From NCBI GenBank assembly GCA_963974055.1, contig CAXBCP010000004.1, positions 69,397 through 133,396 on the forward strand: a DNA stretch of 64,000 bases, given 5' to 3'. The translations under genes were made by a program, and so were the position numbers. Numbering within the stretch: position 1 is the first letter of the stretch; every line of letters begins with the position of its first letter. The notes beneath the pieces were generated by a model, which was given only the letters and a program-made list of their open reading frames with translations, did not search any database and had not been told where the DNA came from. Positions 45,138 to 54,874 of this stretch are shown one piece after another. The DNA is from an uncultured Rhodospirillaceae bacterium. GTDB taxonomy: Bacteria; Pseudomonadota; Alphaproteobacteria; MPNO01; UBA830.

Positions 45138-46571
45138 ATGACGACGACTGCGGATCTGGTTATTTCGGGCGGCACGCTGGTTTTCCCCGATTCCGAGGTG
45201 ACGGCGAGCATTGCCGTGAAAGACGGCAGGATCATCGCGATCGGCGCGGCGGACGCCATGCCGCCTGCCGATGACAGGCTCGATGCGACCGGTATGCATG
45301 TGCTGCCGGGTGCTATCGATTCCCATGTCCACTTCCGGGAGCCGGGATATACCCACAAGGAAGACTGGGGGTCCGGCACTGCCGCCGCCGCGATGGGGGG
45401 CGTGACGACGGTGTTCGAAATGCCCAACGTCAACCCGCCGACCGGCACGGCCGAAACGCTCCGTCAGAAGCACGAACTTGCGGCAGAGAAAGCCCATGTC
45501 GATTTCGGCATATACGGCCTGCTGTCCGAACAGAACCTGGACGACCTGCCGGACCTGATCGCCGGCGGCATCATCGGGTTCAAGTGTTTCATGGGGAATA
45601 CCTTCGGCGATCTGCCGGCGCCATCGACCGGCGCCATGCTCGAAGGGTTCGAATATGTCGCCCAGCACGGCTATCGCGTTGCGCTTCATGCCGAGACGGC
45701 ATCGATCATGGCGCGGCGCCAGACCCAGCTTGAAGCGGCAGGGCGGACCGACCCCCTGGCGCACCTTGCCGCCCGCCCGGCGGTGGTCGCGATCGAAGCG
45801 GTCGGCCGCGCCGCCGTGCTGTCCGAATGGACCGGCGCGCGCATTCACATTCTGCATATTTCGTCCGAGGACGAACTGCGCCCGCTGCGCGAAGCGAAAG
45901 CCCGCGGCGTCGATATCAGCGGCGAGACCTGCCCGCATTACCTGCTGCTGGATTCGGACGATTACGAACGGTGCGAAGGCGTCATCCGCGTCAACCCGCC
46001 GGTTCGCGAGCCGCATCACAAATCGTCGCTATGGTCGGCGCTTGCCGACGGCACGATCGACATGATCGCCACCGACCATGCGCCGCATGTGCCGGAGGAA
46101 AAACAGCGCGACAGCATCTGGACCTGCGATTGCGGTTTCCCGGGGGTCGAAACACAGATGCCGCTGATGCTGAGCGAGGTTGCCGCCGGCCGTATATCGA
46201 TTCAGGACTACGTGCGCTGGACCGCCTACAACCCTGCCAATCGCTGGGGCCTTTATCCGCGGAAGGGCGCGCTTCAGCCCGGCGCCGAAGCGGATATCGT
46301 CATTGTCGACCTGAACCGCGAGGAAGTCATCGTCGATGAAAGCCTGCATTCGCGGGCGAAAATCACGCCGTGGGACGGCCGTCCGGTCAAGGGCGTGCCC
46401 GTGCATACGCTGGTGCGCGGACGGTTCGTGATGCGCGACCGCGTGCTGAACGACGCGGCGCGCGGCTGGGGCCAGTCCGTGCATTCGATCCAGAAGATGC
46501 CGCCGCCGGAGCCGAAACATACAGACGAAACGATCGCGGTACAGACCGGTCCCGGCCCCTGGTCGGTGTAG
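45138..46571 (+). CDS. Cyclic amidohydrolase (dihydropyrimidinase/allantoinase/hydantoinase/dihydroorotase class)
   Basis: Start at MTTTADLVISGG (aa offset 87); GAIDSHVHFREPG metal motif, carboxylated-Lys region FKCFM. Confidence 0.8.
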   Translation: MTTTADLVISGGTLVFPDSEVTASIAVKDGRIIAIGAADAMPPADDRLDATGMHVLPGAIDSHVHFREPGYTHKEDWGSGTAAAAMGGVTTVFEMPNVNPPTGTAETLRQKHELAAEKAHVDFGIYGLLSEQNLDDLPDLIAGGIIGFKCFMGNTFGDLPAPSTGAMLEGFEYVAQHGYRVALHAETASIMARRQTQLEAAGRTDPLAHLAARPAVVAIEAVGRAAVLSEWTGARIHILHISSEDELRPLREAKARGVDISGETCPHYLLLDSDDYERCEGVIRVNPPVREPHHKSSLWSALADGTIDMIATDHAPHVPEEKQRDSIWTCDCGFPGVETQMPLMLSEVAAGRISIQDYVRWTAYNPANRWGLYPRKGALQPGAEADIVIVDLNREEVIVDESLHSRAKITPWDGRPVKGVPVHTLVRGRFVMRDRVLNDAARGWGQSVHSIQKMPPPEPKHTDETIAVQTGPGPWSV

Positions 46572-46604
46572 GCCTGCCGTGAACAGTCCCACGCCGAAAT
46601 TGTC

Positions 46605-47723
46605 ATGCCGCTAGCCCGTATCCACCGCATTGCCGCCGCGGCACCGGACGACATGTCGGGAATCGAGGCGGCCATTGCGTCCGGCGGGCTCAACCCGGGC
46701 GGGGTCATCGCGGTATTCGGCAAGACCGAGGGCAACGGCCTCGTGAATGATTTTTCACGCGGTTTTGCCGTTCAGTCGCTGCGCCTGCTTTTCGAAAAGT
46801 ACCTGGCCGCCGCCGATGCAGCGGCGATCTGTTCGGTCATGTCGGGCGGGACCGAAGGCGGGCTCTCGCCGCACTGGCTGGTGCTGGAACGGATCGATGG
46901 TCCCGGCGATCGCGCCGATACTGGACCTGCCCTTGCCATCGGCAGAGCGCATACCGCCGACCTTGCGGCGGAACATCTCGGGCGCCCCGAACAGATCGAC
47001 TTGGTCGCCGCCGGCGTCGCCGACGCGATGCAGGAAGCCGGAATCGCGGATCCCGGCGAAGTTCACTTCGTCCAGATAAAGTGCCCGCTTCTGACCGCCC
47101 GGCGGATTGCCGCCGCCGAATCCCGGGGGCGGACCGTCGCGCTGCGCGACACGCTCAAATCGATGGGCGCGTCGCGCGGTGCCAGCGCGCTCGGTGTCGC
47201 CGTCGCGCTTGGCGAAATCGACCGCGCTGAGATAACGCCGGACCGCATCGTGAACGATCCGTCGCTGTGGTCGGGCCGCGCCAGCACGTCATCGGGCATA
47301 GAACTGATGAACCATGAAATCGTGGTCCTCGGCATGTCGGCCGCATGGTCGGGGTCGCTCGCGATCGACCACGCGGTGATGGCGAGCGGAATAGATACCG
47401 AACCGGTCCGCGCGGCGCTGGGCCGTCTCGGGCTGAACACTGACGGACAGCTTTCCCCGGCCGACCGGTCTCGGCTCGTCGCGCTGCTGGCCAAGGCAGA
47501 AGCCAGCCGCAACGGGTTGATCGGCGACAGACGCCATACCATGAACGACGATTCCGACATTTCATCGACCCGCCACGCGCGGGGTTTCGTTGCAGGCGCC
47601 CTTGGCGGCCTTGTCGGTCATACGGAAATTTTCGTTTCGGGTGGTGCGGAACACCAGGGCCCGGACGGCGGCGGGCCGGTCGCGGTAATCGTCGATAAAT
47701 CCGGAGGAAACGAACATGACTGA
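46605..47723 (+). CDS. Ring-opening amidohydrolase of the AtzD/TrzD/barbiturase family (cyanuric acid hydrolase or barbiturase)
   Basis: 372 aa; three-repeat architecture with family hallmark motifs KTEGNG, MSGGTEGGLSPH, HFVQIKCPLL, MGASRGASALGVA, SGGAEHQGPDGGGP. Confidence 0.8.
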   Translation: MPLARIHRIAAAAPDDMSGIEAAIASGGLNPGGVIAVFGKTEGNGLVNDFSRGFAVQSLRLLFEKYLAAADAAAICSVMSGGTEGGLSPHWLVLERIDGPGDRADTGPALAIGRAHTADLAAEHLGRPEQIDLVAAGVADAMQEAGIADPGEVHFVQIKCPLLTARRIAAAESRGRTVALRDTLKSMGASRGASALGVAVALGEIDRAEITPDRIVNDPSLWSGRASTSSGIELMNHEIVVLGMSAAWSGSLAIDHAVMASGIDTEPVRAALGRLGLNTDGQLSPADRSRLVALLAKAEASRNGLIGDRRHTMNDDSDISSTRHARGFVAGALGGLVGHTEIFVSGGAEHQGPDGGGPVAVIVDKSGGNEHD

Positions 47724-48957
47724 TTCCATCGCCGCCTTTCTCGACGCCGAGCAGGATCGCCAGACAGGCTTTCTCGCCGAACTGGTGAAAATCCCCACCG
47801 ACAATCCTCCCGGCGATTGTGCGGCCCATGCGGAACGCGCCCGGGCATTGCTGCAGGATTTGGGTTTCGAAGTTGAAGCGCATCCGGTTCCCGAAATGAA
47901 TGTCCGTGCGGCAGGCATGAAATCCGTAACAAACCTGATTGTCCGTCACCGGTTCGGCGATGGCCCGACGATTGCGCTCAACGCCCATGGCGATGTGGTG
48001 CCGCCCGGGCTCGGCTGGTCGCACGATCCCTATGGTGCCGAGATCGAGGAATCGGAGGATGGAAAACGCATGTTCGGCCGGGGCGCCGCCGTCTCCAAGT
48101 CTGATTTTGCGAGCTACGCCTGGGCGCTGCTGGCGCTTCGGTGTGAAGCGGAACAGGGCGCAGAATATGCAGGGACCGTAGAGCTTCACTTCACGTACGA
48201 TGAAGAAATCGGCGGCACGGTCGGCCCGCAATGGATACTGGAACAGGGGCTCTCGGAGCCGGACTATGTTATCTGCGCCGGGTTTTCGCATGCGATCATT
48301 ACCGCCCATAACGGGTGTCTGCATCTCGAATTGACGGTGACCGGAAAGATCGGTCATGCCGCCGAACCCGATAGGGCGGTCGATGCGCTGCAGGTGACGA
48401 ATTCGGTGCTATCGGCCCTGTACGACCATCGGGACGAACTGGCCCGCATCCGCTCGACGGTGCCTGGAATCGTCTCTCCGACGCTGGTCGTCGGCACGAT
48501 CGAAGGCGGAATCAATACGAACGTCGTTCCCGACCGGGTGACGCTGCGCGTCGACCGGCGGGTGCTGCCCGAAGAATCGATCGACGTTGTGGAACAGGAA
48601 CTGGGCGATCTTGTGCATCGCGTGGTCGGCATTTATCCGGGCGCGGGCGTGTCGGTCCAGCGCATCATGTCGGCGCGTCCTTTGTCGCCGCAGCCCGGCT
48701 GGGAGAAAATCGCCGAGGCCCTGCGCCGGCACGCCGCCGCTTTGACCGGCGAAGAGGTGCCGTATGTCGGCGCAAAGCTGTTTACTGATGCCCGTCTCTA
48801 TTCGGAGAAAGGGATACCGGTCGTGCTCTACGGTGCCGGCCCGCGCACGCTCGGCGAGGCCGGCGGGCATAACAGTGATGAAAATCTCGATCTTGCGGAC
48901 CTGCGCCTCGGAACCGAGGTTGTCGCCCGGGCGGTGGCCGACCTGTTGACGCCCTAG
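47716..48957 (+). CDS. M20-family metallo-amidohydrolase (ArgE/DapE/N-carbamoyl-amino-acid amidohydrolase-like)
   Basis: 413 aa, metal-binding HGDVV and EE(I)GG motifs. Confidence 0.8.
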   Translation: MTDSIAAFLDAEQDRQTGFLAELVKIPTDNPPGDCAAHAERARALLQDLGFEVEAHPVPEMNVRAAGMKSVTNLIVRHRFGDGPTIALNAHGDVVPPGLGWSHDPYGAEIEESEDGKRMFGRGAAVSKSDFASYAWALLALRCEAEQGAEYAGTVELHFTYDEEIGGTVGPQWILEQGLSEPDYVICAGFSHAIITAHNGCLHLELTVTGKIGHAAEPDRAVDALQVTNSVLSALYDHRDELARIRSTVPGIVSPTLVVGTIEGGINTNVVPDRVTLRVDRRVLPEESIDVVEQELGDLVHRVVGIYPGAGVSVQRIMSARPLSPQPGWEKIAEALRRHAAALTGEEVPYVGAKLFTDARLYSEKGIPVVLYGAGPRTLGEAGGHNSDENLDLADLRLGTEVVARAVADLLTP

Positions 48958-50141
48958 TCGGGCTGACGGGCCGTCAGGGCGCGTTTCAGCAGGCCGAAAA
49001 GAGACCGTAACAGCAGGGAAAACCCGCCGATAGTCGCGGTTCCGAGGTCTTCGGGAAGGTCGGCGCCGGTCGCCCGCGCCGCCAGCGCAACGGAAATATC
49101 CGCCAGTAACCGGTCGGCGATTTCGGCGACCAGGGCCGGGCGTCCGAACTGGGCGAGCGGCCCGTTGAGCCGGTAAACCATATTCAGTTCGAGCGTGGAC
49201 CGCCCCGCCCGGTTTTCGGTAAGCGTGAAATCGAGGCATCCTTCGAGACTGGACCGGCTGAGCGCGTCCTGTCCCCTGCCCACGACCTGTCCCGTCCGCG
49301 CCGCATCATCAAGCGCAAGCGCTGCCGTCCCCCGGAAGGTCGCCTTCATCGGGCCGACGTGGACTTCGCAGACCCCATCGAACATGCCGTTCTTCGGCGA
49401 TGTCTCGAGCCTGGCGCCGGGAATGCAGGAAACGACTTTTTCCGGATCCTGCAAAATTTTCCAGACGTTATCGACCGGCGCGTCGAGGTCAAGCCGGCGT
49501 GGAATCGTAACGCCGGTGCTCAACGATTCGCGGGTCGGCAGGGAACCGTCGGTCGGCGCTGCCGGAGACGTGCCTGCATGAGATTCGGCTGAAACTTGGG
49601 GCTTCCCCACGCCGGCAGGCCCTGTAGCAATCGGCCGGTGTCGGCGCGGGGCCGGTACGAGCTGCGCCGCCGGCGGGTCGTTCGCCAGGACCTCGGCGAT
49701 CGCAGCGACAATCCCGGCATAGCCGGTGCATCGGCACAGATTGCCCGACAGTTCGCGGCGGATGGCCGCTTCGTCCGAATCGGGCGCGCGGCGGACGATA
49801 TCGTATGCGGTCGCCAGCATGCCGGGGGTGCAATACCCGCATTGCAGCCCGTGCTTGCTTGAAAACGCCTCGCGAATACGCGTCATGAGCGGATCGTCGC
49901 CGAATCCCTCCACCGTCCGGATATCGGCTTCCTGGCAGGAAACCGCCAGGGTGATGCAGGACCGGACGGGCCGGCCGTCGATCATCAGGGTGCATGCGCC
50001 GCAGACTCCCTGTTCGCAGCCGAGATGTGTGCCGGTAAGCAGCAGTTCCTCGCGCAGGAAGTCGGCGAGGTGGGTCCGCGGCTCGGCGCTGCCGGTCACG
50101 GTCCGGTCGTTCACGGTAAGCGTAATGTCGGAATAGCTCAT
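48954..50141 (-). CDS. Xanthine-dehydrogenase-family 2Fe-2S small subunit (CoxS-like) fused to C-terminal CoxG/SRPBCC domain
   Basis: Start at internal Met MSYSDITL (aa offset 303 of 698-aa track ORF; ATGA overlap with FAD-subunit stop); Cys clusters CEQGVCGAC and CGYC...CRCTGY; C-terminal VDNVWKILQDPEKVVSCIPG CoxG-like. Confidence 0.75.
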   Translation of the reverse strand: MSYSDITLTVNDRTVTGSAEPRTHLADFLREELLLTGTHLGCEQGVCGACTLMIDGRPVRSCITLAVSCQEADIRTVEGFGDDPLMTRIREAFSSKHGLQCGYCTPGMLATAYDIVRRAPDSDEAAIRRELSGNLCRCTGYAGIVAAIAEVLANDPPAAQLVPAPRRHRPIATGPAGVGKPQVSAESHAGTSPAAPTDGSLPTRESLSTGVTIPRRLDLDAPVDNVWKILQDPEKVVSCIPGARLETSPKNGMFDGVCEVHVGPMKATFRGTAALALDDAARTGQVVGRGQDALSRSSLEGCLDFTLTENRAGRSTLELNMVYRLNGPLAQFGRPALVAEIADRLLADISVALAARATGADLPEDLGTATIGGFSLLLRSLFGLLKRALTARQPD

Positions 50142-50950
50142 GCGTCCTGTGTCTCCTCGCCATGGGCGCGCGCCAGGGCGCGTTCGAGTGCCGCGACATG
50201 CATCGCGGTCGATTGCAGCGGCCGGCCCGCGAGCGCCTGCGCCACGCTGTCCGCCGCACTGACCCGTCCTTCGATCAGGCCTTCGGGGTCGGGCAGAACG
50301 GCGGGCGGCCCGCCGAGCGCGCCGAGCGCGCAGCGGTACCGCCTGTTTTCGGGGTCGATCAGCACGGCGGCGCTGGCCTTGGCGAATTCGCCGACCTGGC
50401 GCATGAATTTCCAGTATCCCCATTGTGCGGACGGGCCCGGGCGCGGCACTTCGACGGCGACCAGCAATTCCCGTTCGGCGAGATCCGTGGCGTAGGGGCC
50501 GGTAATAAACCGGTCCAGCGGAACGCGCCGCTCGCCGTCCGGACCTGCGACAATCGCGGTCGCGCACAGGCCGGTCATCACGATGACCCAGTCCGCCGCC
50601 GGGTCCGCATGGGCAAGGCTGCCGCCGATAGTGCCGCGGTTGCGCACGGCGCGGTGGGCGATGTTGCGCGCTGCGGCCTGCATCCAGCCACTCGTGGGGT
50701 CGGGCACCTCGCCGTCCTCGATCTCGGCATGGGTGGTGGCCGCGCCGAAACGGATATGATCGGGGCTTTCGGTGATCGCCCGCAATTCCGGCACGGTTGC
50801 GATATCGATCAGCCGGGCGGGCCGGGCAAGCCGCAGGTTCATCATCGGCCCGAGAGACTGGTTGCCGGCCATCGGCTTGTCGCCGGGTTCGGGGAGAAAC
50901 GCCTGCGCCAGGGTATCTGCGCGCGCGAAGTCGAATGCAGCTGCTTTCAT
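50138..50950 (-). CDS. Xanthine-dehydrogenase-family FAD-binding medium subunit (CoxM-like)
   Basis: 270 aa, FAD_binding_5-type N-terminus FDFARADTL...AGNQSLGPMMNLR. Confidence 0.8.
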   Translation of the reverse strand: MKAAAFDFARADTLAQAFLPEPGDKPMAGNQSLGPMMNLRLARPARLIDIATVPELRAITESPDHIRFGAATTHAEIEDGEVPDPTSGWMQAAARNIAHRAVRNRGTIGGSLAHADPAADWVIVMTGLCATAIVAGPDGERRVPLDRFITGPYATDLAERELLVAVEVPRPGPSAQWGYWKFMRQVGEFAKASAAVLIDPENRRYRCALGALGGPPAVLPDPEGLIEGRVSAADSVAQALAGRPLQSTAMHVAALERALARAHGEETQDA

Positions 50951-53325
50951 GACGTCTGTCCTCCGGTGCCTGCTTTTGCGAGCGCTTCGAGAATGCGTTC
51001 CGGGGTGAGCGGGATGTCCGACACCTCCGCCCCGAGCGGGCTGAGTGCATCGTTCACAGCGTTGGCGATGGCCGCCGGCGGGCCGATCGCGCCGCTTTCG
51101 CCGATGCCTTTCTGGCCGTAGCGGCTCAGCGGCGACGGCGTTTCCATATGGATGATCCTGACGGCCGGAATATCGCCAGCGACCGGCAGATGATAATCGG
51201 CCAACGTGGAGGCCAGCGGCTGGCCCGATCCGTCGAACGGCATTTCCTCGAACAGCGCGGTGCCGATGCCCTGTACCGTTCCGCCGTGGACCTGGCCGTC
51301 GACGACCATCGGATTGATCATCGTGCCGGCATCCTCGACGATAACGTAGTCGAGCAGTTCCACGCTTCCGAACCGCAGGTCGACACTGACTTTCACGGCG
51401 TGACAGGCATAGGAGAACGTGCCGGTATCCTGAACCGTCTTGTACCCTTCCGTGACCTCAAGCCCGCGCGGATCGACATCGTCGGGCAGGAGTTGCGGTT
51501 TCAGGTACCAGGTCTTCGCGACCTCCTCGACCGAGACGGAACTGCTGCCGAAATACGCCATGCCGTCGCGCAGGGTTATGTCGTCGGGCTTGGCCTGCAG
51601 CAGATGCGCCGCGATATTGCGGATGCGGTCGCCCAGCGCCGCGCTGGCGGCGGACACGGCGCCGCCGGCCATAACGATGCAGCGCGATCCCCAGGTGCCG
51701 GTGGAATAGGGCGTATAGGCGGTATCGCCGTGGACGACTTTCACCCTGGCGGGGTCGATCCCCAGTTCCTCGTAGGCGATCTGCGCCAGCGTCGTTTCCA
51801 GGCCCTGGCCGTGGCTGTGGACGCCGACCCGAAGTTCCAGGCCGCCATCCGGCGTCAGGCGCGCGCCCGCCTGCTCGAAGCCGGGAACCATGGGAATGCC
51901 CCAGCCGTGATAAACGGACGTGCCGTGGGCGCCCTGTTCGCAGAATATCGACAGGCCGACGCCGATGCGTTTGTCGCCGGTCTGTTCCGCCTGTTCGGCC
52001 CGGATCTCGTCGAGGCCGATGGCTTCGACGGCGCGCGTCAGCGCCTCCGGGTAGTTGCCGCTGTCGAAATACTTGTTGGTGATATTGGTGAACGGCATCG
52101 CCTCCGGTTCGACGAGATTGCGGCGGCGGATGGCTTCGGGCGTGATCTTCAGGTCGCGGGCAAGGGCGTCGACCAGTACTTCGAGCGCGAAGCACACGCC
52201 GGTACGCGCGACGCCGCGATAGGGCAGGATGGGCGGCTTGTTCGTCGCGACCGACCAGGTTTTGCAGCGATAACCTTTCAGGCGGTACGGGCCCGGCAGA
52301 ATGCTTGCGACCTGCGCCGATTCCAGGCAGGCGGAAAACGGATAGGTGGAATAGGACCCGGCATCGACAATGGCTTCGCAATCGACGGCCAGCAGTTCGC
52401 CGTCGGCGGCTGCATAACCGGTCACTTCGTAATGATGCTCGCGGCAATTCGCGCTGCCGGTCAGATGTTCGCGGCGGTCTTCGAGCCAGCGGATCGGCCG
52501 GTCCAGTTTCATCGCAAGCCAGGCGGCGCAGATTTCTTCGGCGAGCAGCTGGCTTTTGAAGCCGAACCCGCCGCCGACATCCGGGGCGATGATACGCACC
52601 TGGCCGTGATCGAGGCCGAGACAGCCGGCAAGTCCCGTGCGAACGATATGCGGAATCTGCGTGGCGGAATGAAGCGTCAGCATTTCGAGATTCCGGTCCC
52701 AGACCGCGACGACGCCGCGGCCTTCTATCGGCGCCATGCATTGCCGGGCGGTTCTGAACGTCCGCTTGACGATACTCGCGGCGCCTTCGATGGCCGCTTC
52801 GAAGCCGATGTCGACGGCGCTTTCGAGAAAGACGTTTTCATCCCAGTGTTCGTGGACCATCGGGGCGTCGGTATCGCGCGCCCGGGTCATGTCGTGCACG
52901 GCGGGCAGCTCTTCGAAATCGACCGCGATTCGTTCCACGAGGTCCTCGGCATGCGCCCGGGTGTCGGCAAGCCCGGCGGCAACCAGTTCGCCGACATAGC
53001 GAACCTTGGTATCGGCAAGGATGGGCTGGATCGAGCTGCGGAAACCCGGCAGGCCGGAATCGGCCTTGATCCCGGTCACACCGGTCAGGTCGTCCGCGGT
53101 AAAGACATGTTCGGAATTATCCGACGGTTTGACGATGTCGCCGATGCGGGCATGGGCGACGGGGCTGCGCAGAAAGGCGAGTTCCAGCATTCCCTGCATC
53201 CGGATATCGCCGACATATCGTCCGCGCCCATGCAGGTAACGGTCGTCTTCCTGGCGCTTCAGGGAACTGCCGATGCCTTTTCCGTCCGGCGTTTTTTTGA
53301 CGTCTGTTTCCATTGGCGGCCTCAT
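50947..53325 (-). CDS. Xanthine-dehydrogenase-family molybdopterin-binding large subunit (CoxL/XdhA-like)
   Basis: 792 aa; N-terminal GSSLKRQEDDRYLHGRGRYVGD, aldehyde-oxidase/XDH a/b hammerhead and MoCo-binding blocks. Confidence 0.85.
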   Translation of the reverse strand: MRPPMETDVKKTPDGKGIGSSLKRQEDDRYLHGRGRYVGDIRMQGMLELAFLRSPVAHARIGDIVKPSDNSEHVFTADDLTGVTGIKADSGLPGFRSSIQPILADTKVRYVGELVAAGLADTRAHAEDLVERIAVDFEELPAVHDMTRARDTDAPMVHEHWDENVFLESAVDIGFEAAIEGAASIVKRTFRTARQCMAPIEGRGVVAVWDRNLEMLTLHSATQIPHIVRTGLAGCLGLDHGQVRIIAPDVGGGFGFKSQLLAEEICAAWLAMKLDRPIRWLEDRREHLTGSANCREHHYEVTGYAAADGELLAVDCEAIVDAGSYSTYPFSACLESAQVASILPGPYRLKGYRCKTWSVATNKPPILPYRGVARTGVCFALEVLVDALARDLKITPEAIRRRNLVEPEAMPFTNITNKYFDSGNYPEALTRAVEAIGLDEIRAEQAEQTGDKRIGVGLSIFCEQGAHGTSVYHGWGIPMVPGFEQAGARLTPDGGLELRVGVHSHGQGLETTLAQIAYEELGIDPARVKVVHGDTAYTPYSTGTWGSRCIVMAGGAVSAASAALGDRIRNIAAHLLQAKPDDITLRDGMAYFGSSSVSVEEVAKTWYLKPQLLPDDVDPRGLEVTEGYKTVQDTGTFSYACHAVKVSVDLRFGSVELLDYVIVEDAGTMINPMVVDGQVHGGTVQGIGTALFEEMPFDGSGQPLASTLADYHLPVAGDIPAVRIIHMETPSPLSRYGQKGIGESGAIGPPAAIANAVNDALSPLGAEVSDIPLTPERILEALAKAGTGGQTS

Positions 53326-53379
53326 TCGGGACGGGGTGCTGTCATTTCGCGTTTCGTTTCGTCGTGCATGCGGCGGGGA

Positions 53380-54378
53380 TCATGCGTCGGGAAGCGTCTG
53401 GGCTGCTGCCGTCGTGCTGTTGACCTTCATCCGCCTGTACTCGCCCGCCGGTACCGGGTCGTATTTCGCCGGTTGGTTGTCGGAACGACATGTTGGCAGA
53501 CATTCGATCACTGCATTGGGGTTCGGATAGGTGAAAAATGCGATCGATAACCGCGCCCCCGCGCTTTCGTCGCACGGCGGATTGGCGACCCGGTGCAGAT
53601 TTGAATGCCAGCGGTCGTTCGTCCACATTTTCATCATGTCGCCGATATTGATGATGAACCCGTTTGCGGGCGGCAGGGCATCTATCCAGTCGCCTGATTT
53701 CGTCAGCACCTGAAGCCCGCCCGGCGAATCATCGGCAAGGAGGATCGTGTGCGATCCGAAATCCGTATGCGCGCCGCAGCGCAGTTGGCCTTCTTCGGGG
53801 ATGTCGGTCTGCCCGGGATAGTGGAGAATTCTGACCACCGACGAGTGGTCGCGGAATTTCGTTTCGAAATAGTCCGGCGGCAGGTCGAGGGCCGTCGCAA
53901 ATATCTCCAGCAGTGTTTTGTTGAAATTCGCCACCGCGGTGTAATAGCTGCGGAATGCGTCCGCGACGTCCGGAAGCGCATCGGGCCAGATATTCGGCTG
54001 GTAGGCGTGGGCGGCGGCGGTGCCGGGCTGGATTCCTTCGGGCAGCTCAAGCGGACCGAAGATGTACCCTTCTCTGAGGTCGGCGGCGGCATTCGTGCCG
54101 GCCGACGCCGCATTGTGCTCTTCGGCGTAAGGGGTGTAGCCCCGGTTCAGATTATGCGACGGGTCCAGATAGGCCAGTTTGGCACCCAGCGGCAGGCCGA
54201 AAAACGTCCATGCACTTTCCCGTACCCGGTTGATCAGCGGGACCGGCACACCATGGCCGGTAATTGACAGGAAACCGATTGTCTCGACCGCATGCGCGAC
54301 GGCGGCGGCTATCTTCTTTCGGTCGGTATCGTCGCCATGGCTGAACGCGGCGATGTCGATGACGGGAATCCCACCCAT
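53380..54378 (-). CDS. 2-oxoglutarate/Fe(II)-dependent oxygenase (IPNS-like family)
   Basis: Start at MGGIPVIDI (aa offset 51; AAGGTG RBS); HTD...H facial triad (GAHTDFGSHTIL, WHSNLHRV). Confidence 0.8.
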   Translation of the reverse strand: MGGIPVIDIAAFSHGDDTDRKKIAAAVAHAVETIGFLSITGHGVPVPLINRVRESAWTFFGLPLGAKLAYLDPSHNLNRGYTPYAEEHNAASAGTNAAADLREGYIFGPLELPEGIQPGTAAAHAYQPNIWPDALPDVADAFRSYYTAVANFNKTLLEIFATALDLPPDYFETKFRDHSSVVRILHYPGQTDIPEEGQLRCGAHTDFGSHTILLADDSPGGLQVLTKSGDWIDALPPANGFIINIGDMMKMWTNDRWHSNLHRVANPPCDESAGARLSIAFFTYPNPNAVIECLPTCRSDNQPAKYDPVPAGEYRRMKVNSTTAAAQTLPDA

Positions 54379-54456
54379 ACAGTCACACCTTCTGTCGTAT
54401 CCGCGCCACGCTGCCGCAACGATAACATTGATTCGAGATGCAATGCACCAAGAGAA

Positions 54457-54533
54457 ATATTGCGCTGCAATATATACTTTCCGACGATGCTCTGATCCGC
54501 GGCCGTGCAATATCCGGGCGACGGCATGCAATT
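54457..54533. promoter_or_regulatory. Array of TGCAAT(A)T motifs including palindrome ATATTGC-GCT-GCAATAT, 80-155 bp upstream of oxygenase gene in 500-bp divergent region
   Basis: Read directly: palindrome 54457..54473; further TGCAATAT at about 54506 and TGCAATT at about 54527. Confidence 0.3.
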
Positions 54534-54874
54534 CGCGTCCATGTGCCTCAATTTTGGTCAGTCGTCCAAAGAATGCTCATGTCGATCAATTTCCGGCGGG
54601 ACGGCACCTGCCTGCCCGGACATCTTCCGGCGCCAGTCCGCAAGCGAACCCGTTGAAACCTATCGATAAATTCATGCGCCGCCCGGACGTCGCCGAGTTG
54701 GCATGGATATTGCACTGCACAACAGCGAGCGACCCTCCCTTTACGGGGTTGGCCGTTGCGGAACGACAGGGACTAAGGCTCGCGACCGGATCGCCGCCGG
54801 CCAGCCGGCACCGGATTCGGTGCTGACGACGGCCCGATCCTTGGCTGCTTGGTACACAATCAATGGAGAAGAAA

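Noticed and set aside
48954-51050. 698-aa ORF extending far upstream of the 2Fe-2S subunit with an Arg/Pro/Gly-rich N-terminal 300 aa
   Set aside because: The upstream part is out-of-frame overlap with the FAD-subunit gene. It is low-complexity, with no family motifs. The real start is the internal Met MSYSDITL, coupled by ATGA to the FAD-subunit stop.
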